The position numbers were made by a program, and so were the translations under genes. The notes below the pieces were generated by a model, which worked only from the letters and a program-made list of their open reading frames with translations, ran no database searches and had not been told where the DNA came from. A DNA stretch of 64,000 nt from an uncultured Syntrophaceae bacterium (lineage in GTDB: Bacteria > Desulfobacterota > BSN033 > UBA1163), in assembly GCA_964390545.1 (NCBI GenBank), contig CAYMJV010000002.1, forward strand, positions 15,555-79,554. Direction: 5' to 3'. Each line of letters opens with the position of its first letter. The stretch's first letter is position 1. Positions 39,611 to 49,248 of the stretch are shown one piece after another.

Positions 39611-40743
39611 AATTGGGAAATCACTTTTTTTAACACATCGCAAACGATCTTAACTTCTTCTTCGGATAGTTTAGGATACAAAGGAAGAGAGATCGTTCTG
39701 TTCCCTATCTCGTTCGCAATGGGAAAGTCTTCAGGCCTATATCCAAACTTCTCTTTGAAATATTTTAAAGTATGAACGGCCCTAAAGTTAACGGCACATC
39801 CGATGCCATTTTCCTCCATCTTTTCGATCACTTCATCTCTTGAAACTTCTCTTGGTAAGAGAACCGTAAAGAGGTGATGTCCGCTCCTTTCGTTTCCTTG
39901 AGGTCCTTCTATGAAATCGAGCCCCTCTACATCATTCAAAAGCTCACGATAAAGCACTTCAAGATCCTGACGCCGCTGCCTGTAATGATTCAACTTGTCA
40001 ATTTGATGGATAAGCAAAGCGGCCTGAATGTCGTCCATATTATATTTCCACCCCATGGTCTCCATATCCCAGTGCTCATATTTTTTCGTATAGCGATAGG
40101 AAGCATCTTTCGTGATGCCATGATGCCTGGCAGACCGATACCAGGAGGCATCTTCCGCAGATTTGCACACCAGAGCCCCCCCTTCTCCACAGGTCATGCT
40201 TTTCGTTGCATAGAAAGAGAAACAGGCAGCGTGGCTGAGCTGACCGGGTCTTACGCCATCCCTAAGTCCCTCGATGCAATGAGCAGCGTCTTCAATGAGG
40301 ATCAGATTATATTGTTGGGCTAACTCTGAAAAACCCAGTATGTCTGCCATGCGGCCAAATAAATGGACAGGCAAGATAGCCCTGGTTTTCTCCGTGAGGG
40401 CTGCTTTAACGGTCTCGGGCAAAATCATTCCACTTTTTGGACATACATCCACAAATACAGGGCTGGCCCCCGCTTGGAGGATGGCTGTGGCCGTGGCCAC
40501 AAAAGTCATAGGCGTCGTAATCACTTCATCCCCAGGACCAACTCCATGCCGGAGAAGGGCGAGATGGAGAGCCCCTGTGCAACTTGTCAAACCCACTGCT
40601 TCCGGGATGCTCAGATATTCAGCAAATATTTTTTCAAACTCCGCCACCTTAGGGCCGGTCGTGATGAAGATGGATTTCATCACCTCACCGGCGGCGGTGA
40701 TATCGCCTTCTGTGATATTATGTTTAAAAAATTCGATTTTCAT
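39607..40743 (-). CDS. DegT/DnrJ/EryC1-family PLP sugar aminotransferase
   Basis: 378 aa. FSFYATKSMTCGEGG (PLP lysine region) and the N-terminal DegT layout. Confidence 0.85.
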   Translation of the reverse strand: MKIEFFKHNITEGDITAAGEVMKSIFITTGPKVAEFEKIFAEYLSIPEAVGLTSCTGALHLALLRHGVGPGDEVITTPMTFVATATAILQAGASPVFVDVCPKSGMILPETVKAALTEKTRAILPVHLFGRMADILGFSELAQQYNLILIEDAAHCIEGLRDGVRPGQLSHAACFSFYATKSMTCGEGGALVCKSAEDASWYRSARHHGITKDASYRYTKKYEHWDMETMGWKYNMDDIQAALLIHQIDKLNHYRQRRQDLEVLYRELLNDVEGLDFIEGPQGNERSGHHLFTVLLPREVSRDEVIEKMEENGIGCAVNFRAVHTLKYFKEKFGYRPEDFPIANEIGNRTISLPLYPKLSEEEVKIVCDVLKKVISQL

Positions 40744-40761
40744 AAAAGAAATGATTCCTCC

Positions 40762-42021
40762 TTATAAATGTTCCCCGCCCAAAAAGTCCCCATTCTCTGG
40801 GTTAAAGGAAATCTCTTTAGCAAGTTCCTTTGGGAGAAGAAACAACATCCCTCCCTTCTCTTCAAACGATCTTTGACACCGAGTGCACTGATTCCCTTGA
40901 ACCCGCGCGCGGCAATCTGGACAAACCAATCCAATCTGACCTCTAATAAAATTTTCTTTGACTTGCTTCGATTCCAAGGACCAGGATATAAAAACATCTC
41001 GATCCCTTGGTAGGATGGAATCGTATTCAATTAACGCCTTGGCCATGTGATAGGTGATTCTCTTTGTAATGGAAGCGAATATTCCGTTCATTATCCTCTT
41101 CTGCAACTTCGGTGTCGGAGGCCCATAACAGAACAGCAAGGCCGAACAGATGGAACATAGAAAAAATACCTTCTCATGAAAAAAGGTTTCTTCTCTTTGA
41201 ATCTCATAAAATCTTCTGACCAAGGACCCCAGTTCTGCTTTCCTCCATAAGGTCTGAAGACTTTGCTTCGCAATCTGGTCTGCTGCCTTTCTGGCTGCCC
41301 TTCTGAATCCTATGGATTTCAAAAGGTAGGGTTTCGACCATCCCTCCGCCCAATAATTTGTATTCTCGTTGAAGAGGGCATAGCGTGCCATCGCCGACCA
41401 ATTTTCTAATGTCTCTTTTTTATTCGTTATATGATGAAGAAAATTATTGCTCACAATAAAATTGGCTCCTCCTGATTCAATCGGCGGATTCAAACAATCG
41501 GCAACTATGCGTTGCCCGATATGAGGATACCTCTTCGATTGAATTAGACTGTAAGGATTGAGATCGATACCTACGACTTTATTTTTATCTGAAAATATTC
41601 TTTTTGAGAAAGTCCCATCCCCGATAGCCAATTCAACAATACCGCCCTGGATATCCCGGGTGATGCTTTCGATATTCTCTTTGATAAAGGCCATCTCTAA
41701 GGACTTTGCAATGATGGGATATAAATGCATGGGATACTGGGAGATGAATTCAGGGATGTAATGGAGAGCATTCTGATGCAATTGAGAAGGTTGACATTTT
41801 TTCATTAAGGTGAATTTAAACCGAGTCCAAAAGATCAAAAAGATTCCATAAAGATAAAGGAGGGGGATAAAGCCTAATTTCACAACATTTCCAATGAAAT
41901 GGATAGAAAAAAGAAAAAGGGACAAAAGATTTCTTCTCTTCTTAAATTTTGAAGATGAGGAAATAGACCGAATAAATCGGACATAACCCCGGTTGACATC
42001 TTTTTCTATAACATCTGTCAT
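40762..42021 (-). CDS. Membrane-anchored methyltransferase-domain protein with C-terminal Cys4 zinc ribbon
   Basis: N-terminal TM helices, an MTase-like core (VELAIGDGTFSKRIF...VVGIDLNP), and a C-terminal CPDC...CTRC ribbon (Trm112-like). Confidence 0.5.
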   Translation of the reverse strand: MTDVIEKDVNRGYVRFIRSISSSSKFKKRRNLLSLFLFSIHFIGNVVKLGFIPLLYLYGIFLIFWTRFKFTLMKKCQPSQLHQNALHYIPEFISQYPMHLYPIIAKSLEMAFIKENIESITRDIQGGIVELAIGDGTFSKRIFSDKNKVVGIDLNPYSLIQSKRYPHIGQRIVADCLNPPIESGGANFIVSNNFLHHITNKKETLENWSAMARYALFNENTNYWAEGWSKPYLLKSIGFRRAARKAADQIAKQSLQTLWRKAELGSLVRRFYEIQREETFFHEKVFFLCSICSALLFCYGPPTPKLQKRIMNGIFASITKRITYHMAKALIEYDSILPRDRDVFISWSLESKQVKENFIRGQIGLVCPDCRARVQGNQCTRCQRSFEEKGGMLFLLPKELAKEISFNPENGDFLGGEHL

Positions 42022-42024
42022 CTT

Positions 42025-43290
42025 CTATATATTCCTATATAAAGAGATATTTAACTTTATAAATTCAAATGGATTTCGTTTGCTCAAATACCCCAACAAG
42101 AAAAGGCTTATCAAGAAACCGATCATACAGGTCGATGCCGTTGCCAGAGCGGCTCCTGTTCCGGAAAAGTTGGGAATGAGGTATAAATTCAGTACAACGC
42201 CGATCAGGCCAAGAATAACCGCTGTGATAACCATCGCATAGAAGGCACCTATTTTTACGCAATAAGGTGCAACCAGGGAGGATAAAGGTAAAAACCATGC
42301 GGCGATCATGAGGATTCGGAAAGTTGCCACTGCAGGGAGATAATTCCTGCCCCCATAGATGAATAGAATGGGTTTTGCAAGTAAAATCATCAACAGAACA
42401 ATTCCTCCCCAACAATAAAAACCCCATCTTAACGATCTTATCGTAATCTCATAATCGTCGGTTGCATGAATCACTCTTGGATAGAGGGCCGTCTGGAAAG
42501 TCATCGGGATAAACATGAGATAGAAAGCGGCACTCAAAGATACAGCAAACATTCCCGCGTTGGATTCCCCGCAATATCGAAAGACGATCAGCAGGTTAAT
42601 TTTTGTATACACGAAGGTTGCGATGGTGGCAATGTGCTGTTTAAGCCCTGCTGCGATGATCCCTTTTGCCAGGTCTTTGGAAAACCTTCCACTCAATAAA
42701 TCATTTCTTCTGAATTTAGCCAAAAGCAGGAGAAAAGTGATCCCTTGGATGATGAGAACACTTATGAGGACGATGCTGATATCCAGTGAATCAACCCAGT
42801 AGGCGTATCCGACAACAAGAATGTTGGTCACCCCTTGAACCACCCCGATCACCCCGGAATATCTGATGTCCCCCATCGCCTGTAAAAAAATGATCAAATT
42901 CCCGGTAAGAATCGTCGCAATCAATAAGATATCAAGAACTATTAAATACTTGAATGTTTCTGAAGACACCTGTTCTGGCCATCCCAAGACAAAGCCGGTC
43001 AATGCCGCCGCAGCGAAAAGGCCATAAGTGAGACTCAGTGAGAAAGTGGTCATCCATCTTGACCTGTCATCCGGCCCATATAGAGATTTATTGGCAAAAT
43101 GATAGATCGCTGTATCCATGCTCATTCCAAACAGGACAGCAAATAGTCCCACCCAGGTTTGCATTTCCGCATATATCCCACGGCCAGAAGGGCCCAAGGC
43201 GCGATTGATCATTGCCGCCGTGATAAACCCAGCAGACATGGCGACCGTTTTGCTCCCCAACATCCAAATGAAATTTCTTTTCAATTCCAA
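42025..43290 (-). CDS. wzx: Wzx-type (MOP superfamily) oligosaccharide flippase
   Basis: 421 aa with about 12 predicted TM helices, in the position and with the composition typical of polysaccharide flippases. Confidence 0.65.
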   Translation of the reverse strand: MELKRNFIWMLGSKTVAMSAGFITAAMINRALGPSGRGIYAEMQTWVGLFAVLFGMSMDTAIYHFANKSLYGPDDRSRWMTTFSLSLTYGLFAAAALTGFVLGWPEQVSSETFKYLIVLDILLIATILTGNLIIFLQAMGDIRYSGVIGVVQGVTNILVVGYAYWVDSLDISIVLISVLIIQGITFLLLLAKFRRNDLLSGRFSKDLAKGIIAAGLKQHIATIATFVYTKINLLIVFRYCGESNAGMFAVSLSAAFYLMFIPMTFQTALYPRVIHATDDYEITIRSLRWGFYCWGGIVLLMILLAKPILFIYGGRNYLPAVATFRILMIAAWFLPLSSLVAPYCVKIGAFYAMVITAVILGLIGVVLNLYLIPNFSGTGAALATASTCMIGFLISLFLLGYLSKRNPFEFIKLNISLYRNI

Positions 43291-43318
43291 GAGAAGAGGA
43301 CCTCTCCTTCAAACTTTC

Positions 43319-44377
43319 TTAATGTAATTCTTTTTTACCGCTCTTTGTGATAATCGGAATGCTCCTCATCCAGAGCTGCTTTTCCCACCATTTTCTATTT
43401 TCTCTGTACCATTTGATCGTTCTTGAAATTCCTTCCTCCCAGGAGACTTTGGGCTTCCAATTAAGGGATTGTTGGATCTTTCGAATATCACCCGTATGCC
43501 TGAAAACCTGTCCGGGACGGTCACCGACGAATTCAATGATTGAATCATCCTTGCCCATGAGCTTTATGATGTTCTGGGCGATCGAAAGAATAGACCGATG
43601 GACACCAGATGCCACATTGAAAACTTCCCCCTTCACTTTTTTGAGGTCAGCATGAAGAATGGCATCAATCGCGAGACAGAGATCTTCCACGAATATAAAA
43701 TCTCTGGATGGACTTCCGTCTCCATGGACACGAATGGGTTCGTTTAGAATGCAACTGGTGATAAATCTCGGAATGGCCTTCTCCAGGTGCTGATATGGGC
43801 CATAGTTGTTAAAAGGTCTGATAATCGTCACTGGGGCGTCATAGGTAGCCCAGTAAGAGTAAACAAGCCTGTCTGCCCCTGCTTTAGCAGAGGCATAAGG
43901 ACTCATAGGCAGTAAAGGGTGATTTTCGTCCATTTTATCTTTCATTGCTGTTCCGTAGACTTCAGAGGTGGAGATGTGAATAAATCTCTCCACCCGGTCC
44001 TTGTATTTCAAGACAGCATTCGCGACAGTCTGAGTCCCCAGGACATCCGTCTCGAAAAAAATGTAGTTATCATAAATAGAACGTGTCACATGGGTCTCTG
44101 CTGCAAAATGGACCACCACATCTGATTGGGAAACAAGGGTATCGACTAGTTCACCGTTTCTGACATTGCCATACCAGAAAACGAGGCGTTCCCCCTTATG
44201 TTCATTGATATTTACAGGCAAATTCTCCACATTTCCGGCATAGGTGAGCGTATCGAGTACAATGATCTTATACTGGGGGTACTTATGATAGACATATCTG
44301 ACAAAGTTACTCCCCATAAATCCGGCACCTCCAGTGACCAGCATTGTCCTTTCCATCTCCTCCATTCCCTCCTTCAC
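43319..44377 (-). CDS. rfbB: dTDP-glucose 4,6-dehydratase (extended SDR)
   Basis: VTGGAGFMGSNF, the catalytic YASAKAGADRL (YxxxK), and an RmlB-like C-terminus. Confidence 0.85.
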   Translation of the reverse strand: MKEGMEEMERTMLVTGGAGFMGSNFVRYVYHKYPQYKIIVLDTLTYAGNVENLPVNINEHKGERLVFWYGNVRNGELVDTLVSQSDVVVHFAAETHVTRSIYDNYIFFETDVLGTQTVANAVLKYKDRVERFIHISTSEVYGTAMKDKMDENHPLLPMSPYASAKAGADRLVYSYWATYDAPVTIIRPFNNYGPYQHLEKAIPRFITSCILNEPIRVHGDGSPSRDFIFVEDLCLAIDAILHADLKKVKGEVFNVASGVHRSILSIAQNIIKLMGKDDSIIEFVGDRPGQVFRHTGDIRKIQQSLNWKPKVSWEEGISRTIKWYRENRKWWEKQLWMRSIPIITKSGKKELH

Positions 44378-45063
44378 GTTTGTTGCATTAATATTAAAAG
44401 ACTTTTTTCCCCTTGGTTAAAAAGGAGATCAACCATAGAAAGGTTAGGGATAAAGTCTCCATAAAGCTGATCATAGATGGGATGGCGATAGTCCTGAAAG
44501 CTCACTCGAATCCCCTCTTTCGAAAATGCCTCCTCCCCGATATAGTTCTTGCCGGATGCCCCCTCATAGAATATATCGGCATTGAATTTCTTGCAGATCT
44601 TGATGAGCCTTTCGATTCTGTCACCGTTTACTCCAAGGGTCGAAGACTTTATGATCTTCTCTGTATCGATTCCTATCGCCTCAGCAATCTTGACGATGAA
44701 ATGCATATCGAGATCGATAAGATAATCCCAGTCCCTTCCATAAGCTTCTTCAAAAATGGATGAATAATGATGATAAAAAGGTGCCTTTGAGTAATTTTGC
44801 CTGATAGATAGAAGATGCTTTTTCCTCCAATTCACTTCATTATTGATCTTTACCTCGTTAATTAAAGTGTGTTCGTTAAACTTGATCAGCACAGGTACTG
44901 TCAGCCATTGAGCCCCATTGGGTGCTTTAATTTTGTTTCGATTCCGCCAACCGTGTTTGTCATATTGAACATCATCATAAATTACGAAAATATCACTACG
45001 GTGCATCTGCTCAAAGAAACCAAGCCAGGGAAGATAACCGGGTTGAAGAATCCCAACGATCAT
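44374..45063 (-). CDS. WbqC-family protein
   Basis: ILQPGYLPWLGFFEQMHRSDIFVIYDDVQYDKHGWRNRNKIK is the WbqC signature region. The start is taken at ATG 45063 (ATGA overlap). The track ORF starts at 45129. Confidence 0.75.
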   Translation of the reverse strand: MIVGILQPGYLPWLGFFEQMHRSDIFVIYDDVQYDKHGWRNRNKIKAPNGAQWLTVPVLIKFNEHTLINEVKINNEVNWRKKHLLSIRQNYSKAPFYHHYSSIFEEAYGRDWDYLIDLDMHFIVKIAEAIGIDTEKIIKSSTLGVNGDRIERLIKICKKFNADIFYEGASGKNYIGEEAFSKEGIRVSFQDYRHPIYDQLYGDFIPNLSMVDLLFNQGEKSLLILMQQT

Positions 45064-45881
45064 GCAATCTTCTCCTTCGAACAGAGATGCTGAAGGATGA
45101 TCTTTTGATAATAATAATATCCTTCCCAAGTCCCAATATCACAAGGCCTACCCTCCAGAAGAAATCCGTATAGTGGAAATTGATTCTTCAAGGTCTGGTA
45201 GGTCTTGAGGAAATCTACTTCTCCCGTCTCATGATTTATGAATTCTTCTGTCATATATTCGAGAGCATCCGGTAAAAAAACAGTTCTCCCAAAACCCCTT
45301 ATCTTTGAGGTTTGATCGGTTGAAATATCTTGAATTAAATAGTACTTTCCATCTCCCTTCCTATATTTGAAGGGTTTTGAACCCTTAAAAAAATCCATCT
45401 CCTTTTTTGGAATTTGTACCATGGAATTCCAAATTCCAAAGCCACTCTTGCAAACATCCAGCATCTGGCGAGTAGCCGATCGTTTAGACAGAAGAATTTG
45501 ATCGGGTATAGCCATAACAAAAGAGGTTCCTCTTATAAAATCCTTCGCTGTCCGAAGGGCATCTCCCAACCCAAGAGGGGCTTTTTGGTAAACGAATTCG
45601 AATTTTACGTCTTCATAAAGAACTCGTCTTGAATGAAGGTATTCTCGAATCACCTCTTTTTCTTTCCTAATGACAACGCATATCCTTTTTATACCCGAGG
45701 AAACAAGTTCTGCGATTGTATGTTCGATGACTGGAAGAGATCCTAAAGGAAACATCTCTTTGGGGATGAATGTCGTTAAAGGCCTCATTCTTGAACCGTA
45801 TCCTGCTGCCGGAACCACAGCTGTCTCAATCTCCTCCATCCTGGCATCTTTAATTGACATACCAATCGTTTTCCCTATCAT
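45060..45881 (-). CDS. Sugar-1-phosphate nucleotidyltransferase (GalU/RmlA-like)
   Basis: VVPAAGYGSRMRPLTTFIPKEMFPL (GxGtRxxPxT...K motif). Confidence 0.8.
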   Translation of the reverse strand: MIGKTIGMSIKDARMEEIETAVVPAAGYGSRMRPLTTFIPKEMFPLGSLPVIEHTIAELVSSGIKRICVVIRKEKEVIREYLHSRRVLYEDVKFEFVYQKAPLGLGDALRTAKDFIRGTSFVMAIPDQILLSKRSATRQMLDVCKSGFGIWNSMVQIPKKEMDFFKGSKPFKYRKGDGKYYLIQDISTDQTSKIRGFGRTVFLPDALEYMTEEFINHETGEVDFLKTYQTLKNQFPLYGFLLEGRPCDIGTWEGYYYYQKIILQHLCSKEKIA

Positions 45882-45902
45882 TGGAGCCGAAAAAATTCTC
45901 TC

Positions 45903-46934
45903 TTAGGTGTCGGTGATGCTTCCCTCTATTTCTTCTAAATCCAATGCCTTAATTTTTTTGGTTCTTTTCTCTTCCGCTTTTGTAACGATCTTCCAATAAT
46001 TGTGTTTCCAAGAGCGATATTGCCAATCCGGGCAATTTCTGCAGGGTTCTATCTCTTGCCCTTTCCGGGACAGATGCATTTGGCGATAGTATTCGAATTC
46101 CTCCCCGTGCCAGATTTCTTTAATACTCTTTTCATGAATGTTCCCCATATCTGTTTTTGCTGCGATATCAAAACCGCAAACCATCACCTTACCTCTTGAA
46201 TCAATGTTTAATCTTTCAAAGATAAAGGGGCATGGGATCATCTCTGCGGGGGACAGATAGGGTGTTGGATCTGCTGATTTGGAAGGATCATTGATACCCC
46301 AAGTGAGATATTTTCTTTTCTGAAAGTTATCCACAATGGGTTCCCAGAATTTTGCGACGGCATCGATATCAACATCCACCTGGTTGATACCACTAGCGAT
46401 GATTTTCGACGAGCTTTTTAGACGATTCCTCAGCTCAACCATTCTTTTGACATTCTTTAGTAATTCATTCCATTTTAGACCTCTCCTCACTTTCGCATAT
46501 GTTTTGGGGCCCCCGGCATCCACGCTGAACTCTATCATATCAATTTGCGCTTCAAGCAATCTGGTACTGCTCTCTTCTGTGAATAATGAACCATTAGTGA
46601 TCAAACCTACTTTGGCTCCGACTTTCTTTGCATACTCCATCAATTCCACTGCCTTAGGGTGCAACATCGGTTCGCCTCCCCCTGATATTCTCACCCAGGC
46701 ACCATATTTCCCACATTGGTCTGCAATGATTCGAAAAGTATTCTCCTCCATAAACGGTCGATCTTTATAATCCGTCCTGATTTGAGAATTGGTGTAAGGG
46801 CAATTAGGGCATTTGGCATTACAAACATACACAAATGAAAGAACGGACATCATCGGAAATTCTTGAGCCTGCGACTTGATACCGTATCTTTTCAGTTTGT
46901 GAATTATTTTCTTATCCTTTTTCATAGCGTGCAT
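45903..46934 (-). CDS. Radical SAM enzyme with Cys-rich C-terminal (SPASM/twitch-like) extension, copy 1
   Basis: CNAKCPNC (Cx3Cx2C). C-terminal CPFIFERLNIDSRGKVMVC ... CRNC. Confidence 0.75.
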   Translation of the reverse strand: MHAMKKDKKIIHKLKRYGIKSQAQEFPMMSVLSFVYVCNAKCPNCPYTNSQIRTDYKDRPFMEENTFRIIADQCGKYGAWVRISGGGEPMLHPKAVELMEYAKKVGAKVGLITNGSLFTEESSTRLLEAQIDMIEFSVDAGGPKTYAKVRRGLKWNELLKNVKRMVELRNRLKSSSKIIASGINQVDVDIDAVAKFWEPIVDNFQKRKYLTWGINDPSKSADPTPYLSPAEMIPCPFIFERLNIDSRGKVMVCGFDIAAKTDMGNIHEKSIKEIWHGEEFEYYRQMHLSRKGQEIEPCRNCPDWQYRSWKHNYWKIVTKAEEKRTKKIKALDLEEIEGSITDT

Positions 46935-47392
46935 CTCGGAGGAATTTCTTTTCTGAAAATGACACCCTTTTTACTTTCCTCCTCAAAGACTCTTAAAGAT
47001 TCGCCCTCCATCATATATCCATTTTTCTGAAATGTACTTTTGGCCAACTGATTATCAAACAATACCCATGCCCAAACACTCTTTAAGCTTTTTTCTTTTG
47101 CTACCCGTTCGATGATCCCTAAAAGTTTATTCCCTATCCCTTGATTCGGATATTTTACGAAAAAGGCTATCTCACCGTTTCGGTTGAGATAGAGGATGAC
47201 GACGCCCAGCAAGTCAGAGTCTACTACAATACCCCTCGCTTCTATGTTACTACACTTGAGCCATTCTTTTGTTTCTGCTGCATTGACCGGCTTTGTCAAA
47301 AGGAGCTCGCTGTAGCGATTCCTTAAAGATAGATATTGTTCAATAAATCCTTCCTCCTCTTTCAAATCGATAATTCTCTCCATCTTACCCAA
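46922..47392 (-). CDS. GNAT-family N-acetyltransferase
   Basis: 156 aa. Acetyl-CoA motif A region (PNQGIGNKLLGIIERVAKE). Confidence 0.7.
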   Translation of the reverse strand: MGKMERIIDLKEEEGFIEQYLSLRNRYSELLLTKPVNAAETKEWLKCSNIEARGIVVDSDLLGVVILYLNRNGEIAFFVKYPNQGIGNKLLGIIERVAKEKSLKSVWAWVLFDNQLAKSTFQKNGYMMEGESLRVFEEESKKGVIFRKEIPPRCTL

Positions 47393-49247
47393 AATACCTC
47401 TCCCACCACACCTGAAACATCATCAGGTTCCAAACCTTGGCAGCGTTACTTTTCTTGCCAGCGTAATAATCATCCAAAATATATTTTACGTAATGCACAT
47501 CAAAAAAGTGATGAGTTTTGAGTCGGTTTTCTGATAGGGTATCGAAACTATAAGGTTTGAGCTTATCAACCATCCAGTCGAAGATGGGTAAAACAAATCC
47601 CTCCTTTGGCCTTTCTGCAATTCCATGTGGGAGTAAGTGCCAGACGGTTCTTTTTAATATATCTTTCACAATTCCGTTTCTTATTTTCATATAACCGGGA
47701 ATTGTTGAAACAAATTCGACAAGCCTATAATCGAGGAAAGGAGAGCGAATTTCTACAGAATGAGCCATCGATAAAAAGTCTATAAAAGCGAGCACTTGAT
47801 CGGGGAGTTGGGTGTTCCATTCCATTTCGAGCATTCGATTGAGAGGATCCTTTGAGGTGGTCTGATTAAAATTTTCAGCGAAAAGGGAGAAAGAGCTAGG
47901 GTGGTCTATATTTGATCTAAAATCGGGGGTTAAAAGTAAATCCTTTTCCTCATCACTGAATACCCCCAGTTGATATCGCCACTTAACGTCATCGCCTCCT
48001 GATTTCTTATCGAGATCCGTTAAGAAATCGATATCACATGGTTTCAGGAGATCCCTCTCCTCTTCCGTTAAAGTCCCCCTCTGTATCTTTCTCGATAGCC
48101 TTTTGAAATGATGCATCGGTTGAGCAAGCCTATGAGAGAGATAACTGCCGAAAAGTTCATCAGCAGCATCTCCAGAAAGTGCGACCTTCACATGTTTCGT
48201 GATCAATTTCGTAAGAAAATATGTGGAGATGGTCCCTGAAAAAGGTTGGTCAAAGGCGACGATGACCTTTCCTATTTCATCCAATAATTCTTTGTAAGGC
48301 ATGATATATTCATGATGATCTGTCTTATATGCCTTTGCCACCCTACGCGCGTAATATAAATCTGCTTCCTTATTCCTTAATTCGTCTTCATACCCGAGGG
48401 AGAACGTTTTGATAGGCTTATTTGTAAACTTTGTCATTAATGCAACAATCGAACTTGAGTCCACACCACCGCTCAAATAGGCGCCAAATGGTACATCGCT
48501 AATCATCCGGACCCGAATGGCATCTTCCAGCAATTCCAATATTTTCTCTTTGAGAACAGCTTCGTCCTGATCTTCTTTTTTAACGAATCGGATTTTCCAC
48601 CATCTCTTTTTAGAAATCTCTGTCTTCGAAAAGGTTAATATCTCCCCGGGGACAAGGGAATAAATATTTTTGAAAGCAGTGAGAGGTGATGGAACATTCT
48701 TAAAGGTAAAGTAATGGTAGATGGCTTCGCAATTAATGTCCCGTTGATACTCGGGATGTTCCAAAATGGCCTTAATCTCAGAACCAAATATGAGATGGTT
48801 ATTGGCAACGGTATAGAAAAGGGGTTTTACCCCCATCCGATCTCTGATCAGCAAAAGTTTATTCTTTCCTGAATCCCACAAAGCAATGACAAACATACCG
48901 TTCATTTTATGGACAAAGTCATCGCCATATTCTTCGTAGAGATGAACAATCACCTCTGTGTCAGAATGGTCCGTATAAAATGTGTGCCCTTGTCCTAGCA
49001 GCTCTTTTCTTAATTTCTGGAAATTATAAATCTCTCCGTTAAAGACTACCCAAAGAGTTCGGTCCTCGTTATGCACGGGCTGATGGCCTGTCTCGAGATC
49101 TATAATACTTAGTCTTCTGATGCCGAGATTCATGTTTCCATCCGAATAAAATCCTTCTTCATCCGGACCACGGTGAAAGATCGCGTCCGTCATCCTCTTC
49201 AATACGATTTCGTTCGGGGGTCCCGAAAAACCACAAATGCCGCACAT
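47385..49247 (-). CDS. Asparagine-synthase-family glutamine amidotransferase, copy 2
   Basis: MCGICG, HRGPDE, and the PP-loop SGGVDSS. Confidence 0.85.
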   Translation of the reverse strand: MCGICGFSGPPNEIVLKRMTDAIFHRGPDEEGFYSDGNMNLGIRRLSIIDLETGHQPVHNEDRTLWVVFNGEIYNFQKLRKELLGQGHTFYTDHSDTEVIVHLYEEYGDDFVHKMNGMFVIALWDSGKNKLLLIRDRMGVKPLFYTVANNHLIFGSEIKAILEHPEYQRDINCEAIYHYFTFKNVPSPLTAFKNIYSLVPGEILTFSKTEISKKRWWKIRFVKKEDQDEAVLKEKILELLEDAIRVRMISDVPFGAYLSGGVDSSSIVALMTKFTNKPIKTFSLGYEDELRNKEADLYYARRVAKAYKTDHHEYIMPYKELLDEIGKVIVAFDQPFSGTISTYFLTKLITKHVKVALSGDAADELFGSYLSHRLAQPMHHFKRLSRKIQRGTLTEEERDLLKPCDIDFLTDLDKKSGGDDVKWRYQLGVFSDEEKDLLLTPDFRSNIDHPSSFSLFAENFNQTTSKDPLNRMLEMEWNTQLPDQVLAFIDFLSMAHSVEIRSPFLDYRLVEFVSTIPGYMKIRNGIVKDILKRTVWHLLPHGIAERPKEGFVLPIFDWMVDKLKPYSFDTLSENRLKTHHFFDVHYVKYILDDYYAGKKSNAAKVWNLMMFQVWWERYFG

Positions 49248-49248
49248 G

